This document shows positions 61,776 to 64,000 of a stretch of 64,000 bases of DNA, one piece after another. Under the pieces are notes generated by a model that was not told the DNA's origin, did no database searches, and saw nothing but the letters and a program-made list of their open reading frames with translations. The position numbers were made by a program, and so were the translations under genes. Every line of letters begins with the position of its first letter. Positions within the stretch are counted from its first letter, which is position 1. The DNA is from an uncultured Alphaproteobacteria bacterium (GTDB taxonomy: Bacteria > Pseudomonadota > Alphaproteobacteria > Rhizobiales > Kaistiaceae): positions 9,725 through 73,724 of the forward strand of contig CAWCSF010000005.1 in assembly GCA_963798195.1 (NCBI GenBank), read 5' to 3'.

Positions 61776-62567
61776 CTAAGGGTTGATGCCAGCGCTGTGC
61801 GCGTTCGAGCGCGCGCGCCGTCCGCTGAAATATGCCTTGACCCAGGGATGGTCCGAGTTGGTGAGCGCCGCCATTGGCCCTTCGGCGACGATACGCCCGC
61901 CGGCAAGGGCGGCGATGCGGTCGCAGGCGACGTTGAGGCTGTCGAGGTCGTGGGTGACCATGAACACGGTGATGCCGAGCGTGTGCTGGAGCGTACGGAT
62001 CAGCACGTCGAAATCGCCGGCGGCGATGGGGTCGAGGCCGGAGGTTGGCTCATCGAGAAAGACGATCTCGGGATCGAGCGCCAGCGCCCGCGCCAGCGCA
62101 ACGCGCTTGGTCATGCCGCCGGAAAGTTCCGCCGGATACTTGTTGGCGTCATTCGCGTTGAGGCCGACCAGCTCCAGCTTGATCATCGCCAGGTCGTCCA
62201 TAAGGTCCTCGGGAAGCTTCAGGAACTGGCGCATGGGGAACTGTATGTTCTCCCGCGCCGTCAACGAGGAAAACAGCGCGCCGTTCTGGAAGAGGACGCC
62301 CCAGCGGCGCTCGACCATCCGCCATTCCTTTTCCGACGCATCGTCGGCGTCGACATCGAGCACGCGCACGGTGCCGGATTTCTTCGGCACCAGCCCGATG
62401 ATGGAGCGGAGGAGGACGGACTTTCCGGCGCCCGACCCGCCGACAACGCCCAGAATCTCACCGGCGCGGACGTCGAGATCCAGCCCGTCGAGAACCTTCT
62501 GGTCACCGAAGCCCGCAACCAGATTGCGAACCGAAATGACCGGAGGGGCGCCGTTTGCGATCGTCAT
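61776..62567 (-). CDS. mlaF: MlaF-like ABC transporter ATP-binding protein
   Basis: GGSGAGKSV, LSGGMTKR, and IVFLDEPTSGLD. Trimmed to MTIANGAPP. Confidence 0.9.
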   Translation of the reverse strand: MTIANGAPPVISVRNLVAGFGDQKVLDGLDLDVRAGEILGVVGGSGAGKSVLLRSIIGLVPKKSGTVRVLDVDADDASEKEWRMVERRWGVLFQNGALFSSLTARENIQFPMRQFLKLPEDLMDDLAMIKLELVGLNANDANKYPAELSGGMTKRVALARALALDPEIVFLDEPTSGLDPIAAGDFDVLIRTLQHTLGITVFMVTHDLDSLNVACDRIAALAGGRIVAEGPMAALTNSDHPWVKAYFSGRRARSNAHSAGINP

Positions 62568-62571
62568 CGCT

Positions 62572-63696
62572 TCACCACCCGATCGACGCAAAGAACATGG
62601 CGAAGAGGCCGTCGAGGACGATCACCATGAAGATCGATTTGACCACCGACGACGTGGTCTGGATTCCGAGCGACTCGGCACTGCCCTTGACCCTCAGGCC
62701 TTCGGCGCTGGCGACGATGCCGATGATCAACGCCATCACCGGCGCCTTGATCATGCCGACCCAGAAATCCTGCATCGACACCGCATCGCGCAGCCGCGAC
62801 ATGAAGATTTCCGGGCTCATGCCACCGTAGAACCAGGCGACGATCCCGCCGCCGATCAGGGCCGCCATCGAGCCGAGAAAGGTGAGGATCGGCATGGCAA
62901 TGACGAGCGCCAGAACGCGCGGCAGCACCAGAACGTCCGTCGGATCAACACCCATCGTGCGCAGCGCGTCGATCTCCTCGCGCATCTTCATCGAGCCCAG
63001 CTCGGCGGTGTACGAGCTGCCCGACCGACCGGCGACCATGATCGCCACCAGCAGCACTCCGATCTCGCGCAGGATCAGGATGCCGAGCAGATTGACGACG
63101 TAGTCCTCGGCGCCGAAGCGCCTGAAATTGTAGATGCCCTGCTGCGAGACGATGCAACCGATCAGGAAGGTGATGAGCACGATGATGCCGATCGCCTGCC
63201 ACCCTACCCGATCGAGGTGATGAACCACCGACGTCAGGCTGGAGAAACGCGGCCGCACGATGGCGCGGCCTGCGGAAACCATCACCGCGCCGAACATGTC
63301 GATGAAAAAGAAGAGTTCGCCCAGGAAGGCCGCCACGCCTTCGCCGATGCGCTCGATCCACGCGATCAGCGCCGGGCGCTCCAACTCCTCGCTCGGCGCC
63401 AAGCGATTGGCGTCGCCGACTTCGTGCAGCAGTTCGCGGAAGCGGTCCGGTACCGACGTCAGTTCGGCCTTCGCGCCACGATCACGCCACTGCCTAAGCA
63501 GGCGCTCGATCAGCCATGCCCCGAACGTATCGAGCCGCTCGATCGCGCCGAGATCGATCTCGGCGTTGGCCGTCGCGGGGACGCGTTCAACCATCGCCTC
63601 CAGTTCGCCGGCAAAGGCGATGGTCCACGTGCCACTCGCCGTCACCTTGACCCGATCGGTCGCAGTGGTTGTCGTAATCGATGGATGCGCGGCCAA
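62572..63696 (-). CDS. mlaE: MlaE-family permease with an N-terminal STAS-like domain
   Basis: The C-terminal 260 aa are MlaE-like (GRSGSSYTAELGSMKMREEIDAL). The N-terminal ~100 aa (VTASGTWTIAFAGELE...IDLGAIERLDTFGAWLIERL) look like a fused MlaB/STAS module. TTG start. Confidence 0.9.
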   Translation of the reverse strand: MAAHPSITTTTATDRVKVTASGTWTIAFAGELEAMVERVPATANAEIDLGAIERLDTFGAWLIERLLRQWRDRGAKAELTSVPDRFRELLHEVGDANRLAPSEELERPALIAWIERIGEGVAAFLGELFFFIDMFGAVMVSAGRAIVRPRFSSLTSVVHHLDRVGWQAIGIIVLITFLIGCIVSQQGIYNFRRFGAEDYVVNLLGILILREIGVLLVAIMVAGRSGSSYTAELGSMKMREEIDALRTMGVDPTDVLVLPRVLALVIAMPILTFLGSMAALIGGGIVAWFYGGMSPEIFMSRLRDAVSMQDFWVGMIKAPVMALIIGIVASAEGLRVKGSAESLGIQTTSSVVKSIFMVIVLDGLFAMFFASIGW

Positions 63697-63836
63697 GAAT
63701 CCCCCGTCGCGTCCGCCATTCTGGACTCAATGCGGGGCGGATCATGGCGAGTCGCGACCGGAAAATCCATGCATGGCGGCGAATTGGTCAGAAGGCACGC
63801 CGCGAAATCACCCAAGCAATTGAAAAGACTTGTATT

Positions 63837-64000
63837 TCACCCCGCCATCTTGGCCAGGCGATCGGCCAGAGCTCCCAGTCCCCATAGCCGGGCGAGCGCG
63901 GAACCGCCCGCCCAGTCCGGCCGCTGCTTGCCGAGGCGCGGCAGCGGCGCAGACGCGTCCATCGTCGCGATACGCCGGTACAGACGCAGGTCCTCGGCCT
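63837..64000 (-). CDS. C-terminal end of an unidentified protein (5' part outside window)
   Basis: My translation of the minus strand reads ...AEDLRLYRRIATMDASAPLPRLGKQRPDWAGGSALARLWGLGALADRLAKMAG*, with the stop at 63837-63839. The family was not recognised. Confidence 0.35.
   Translation of the reverse strand, partial: AEDLRLYRRIATMDASAPLPRLGKQRPDWAGGSALARLWGLGALADRLAKMAG

Overview
High-GC (~65%) alphaproteobacterial, Rhizobiales-like chromosomal DNA, densely packed with metabolic and transport genes. I found no rRNA, tRNA, CRISPR array, transposase, integrase, prophage or recognisable defence genes. Content in order: a yqjDEK-like membrane stress operon, NDH-2, a WD40 protein, a LysR regulator, and a His-rich COG0523 metallochaperone. 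Next come a VOC protein, a hydrolase-TetR pair, and marR-emrAB divergent from a eukaryote-like (type 2) IleRS. Then bioY, eda, a TRAP transporter, cspA, and an MFS exporter. A haem peroxidase of the alpha-dioxygenase/cyclooxygenase type follows, with an MBL hydrolase, then a dppABCDF operon with a second, broken dppA. A cluster of deaminases, amidohydrolases and FAD oxidoreductases surrounds an NMT1-type ABC importer. The window ends with deoC plus an unusual 793-aa ALDH, a GST, and an Mla-like lipid ABC system carrying domain fusions. I do not see a clear-cut new system. The best candidates are (i) the uncharacterised N-heterocycle island at 41.6-52.4 kb, which repeats a hydrolase/FAD-oxidoreductase module and has a long regulator-less leader that should be tested for a purine riboswitch, and (ii) the membrane-anchored alpha-dioxygenase-like peroxidase operon. 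Four genes carry single-base frameshifts, two at clear homopolymer runs (CCC, GGGG) and two at 2-base runs, and one gene is an internal-deletion remnant. This means either assembly indel errors or real gene decay, and it must be resolved before any functional claim. All product calls rest on motif recognition from the translations. No searches were run.
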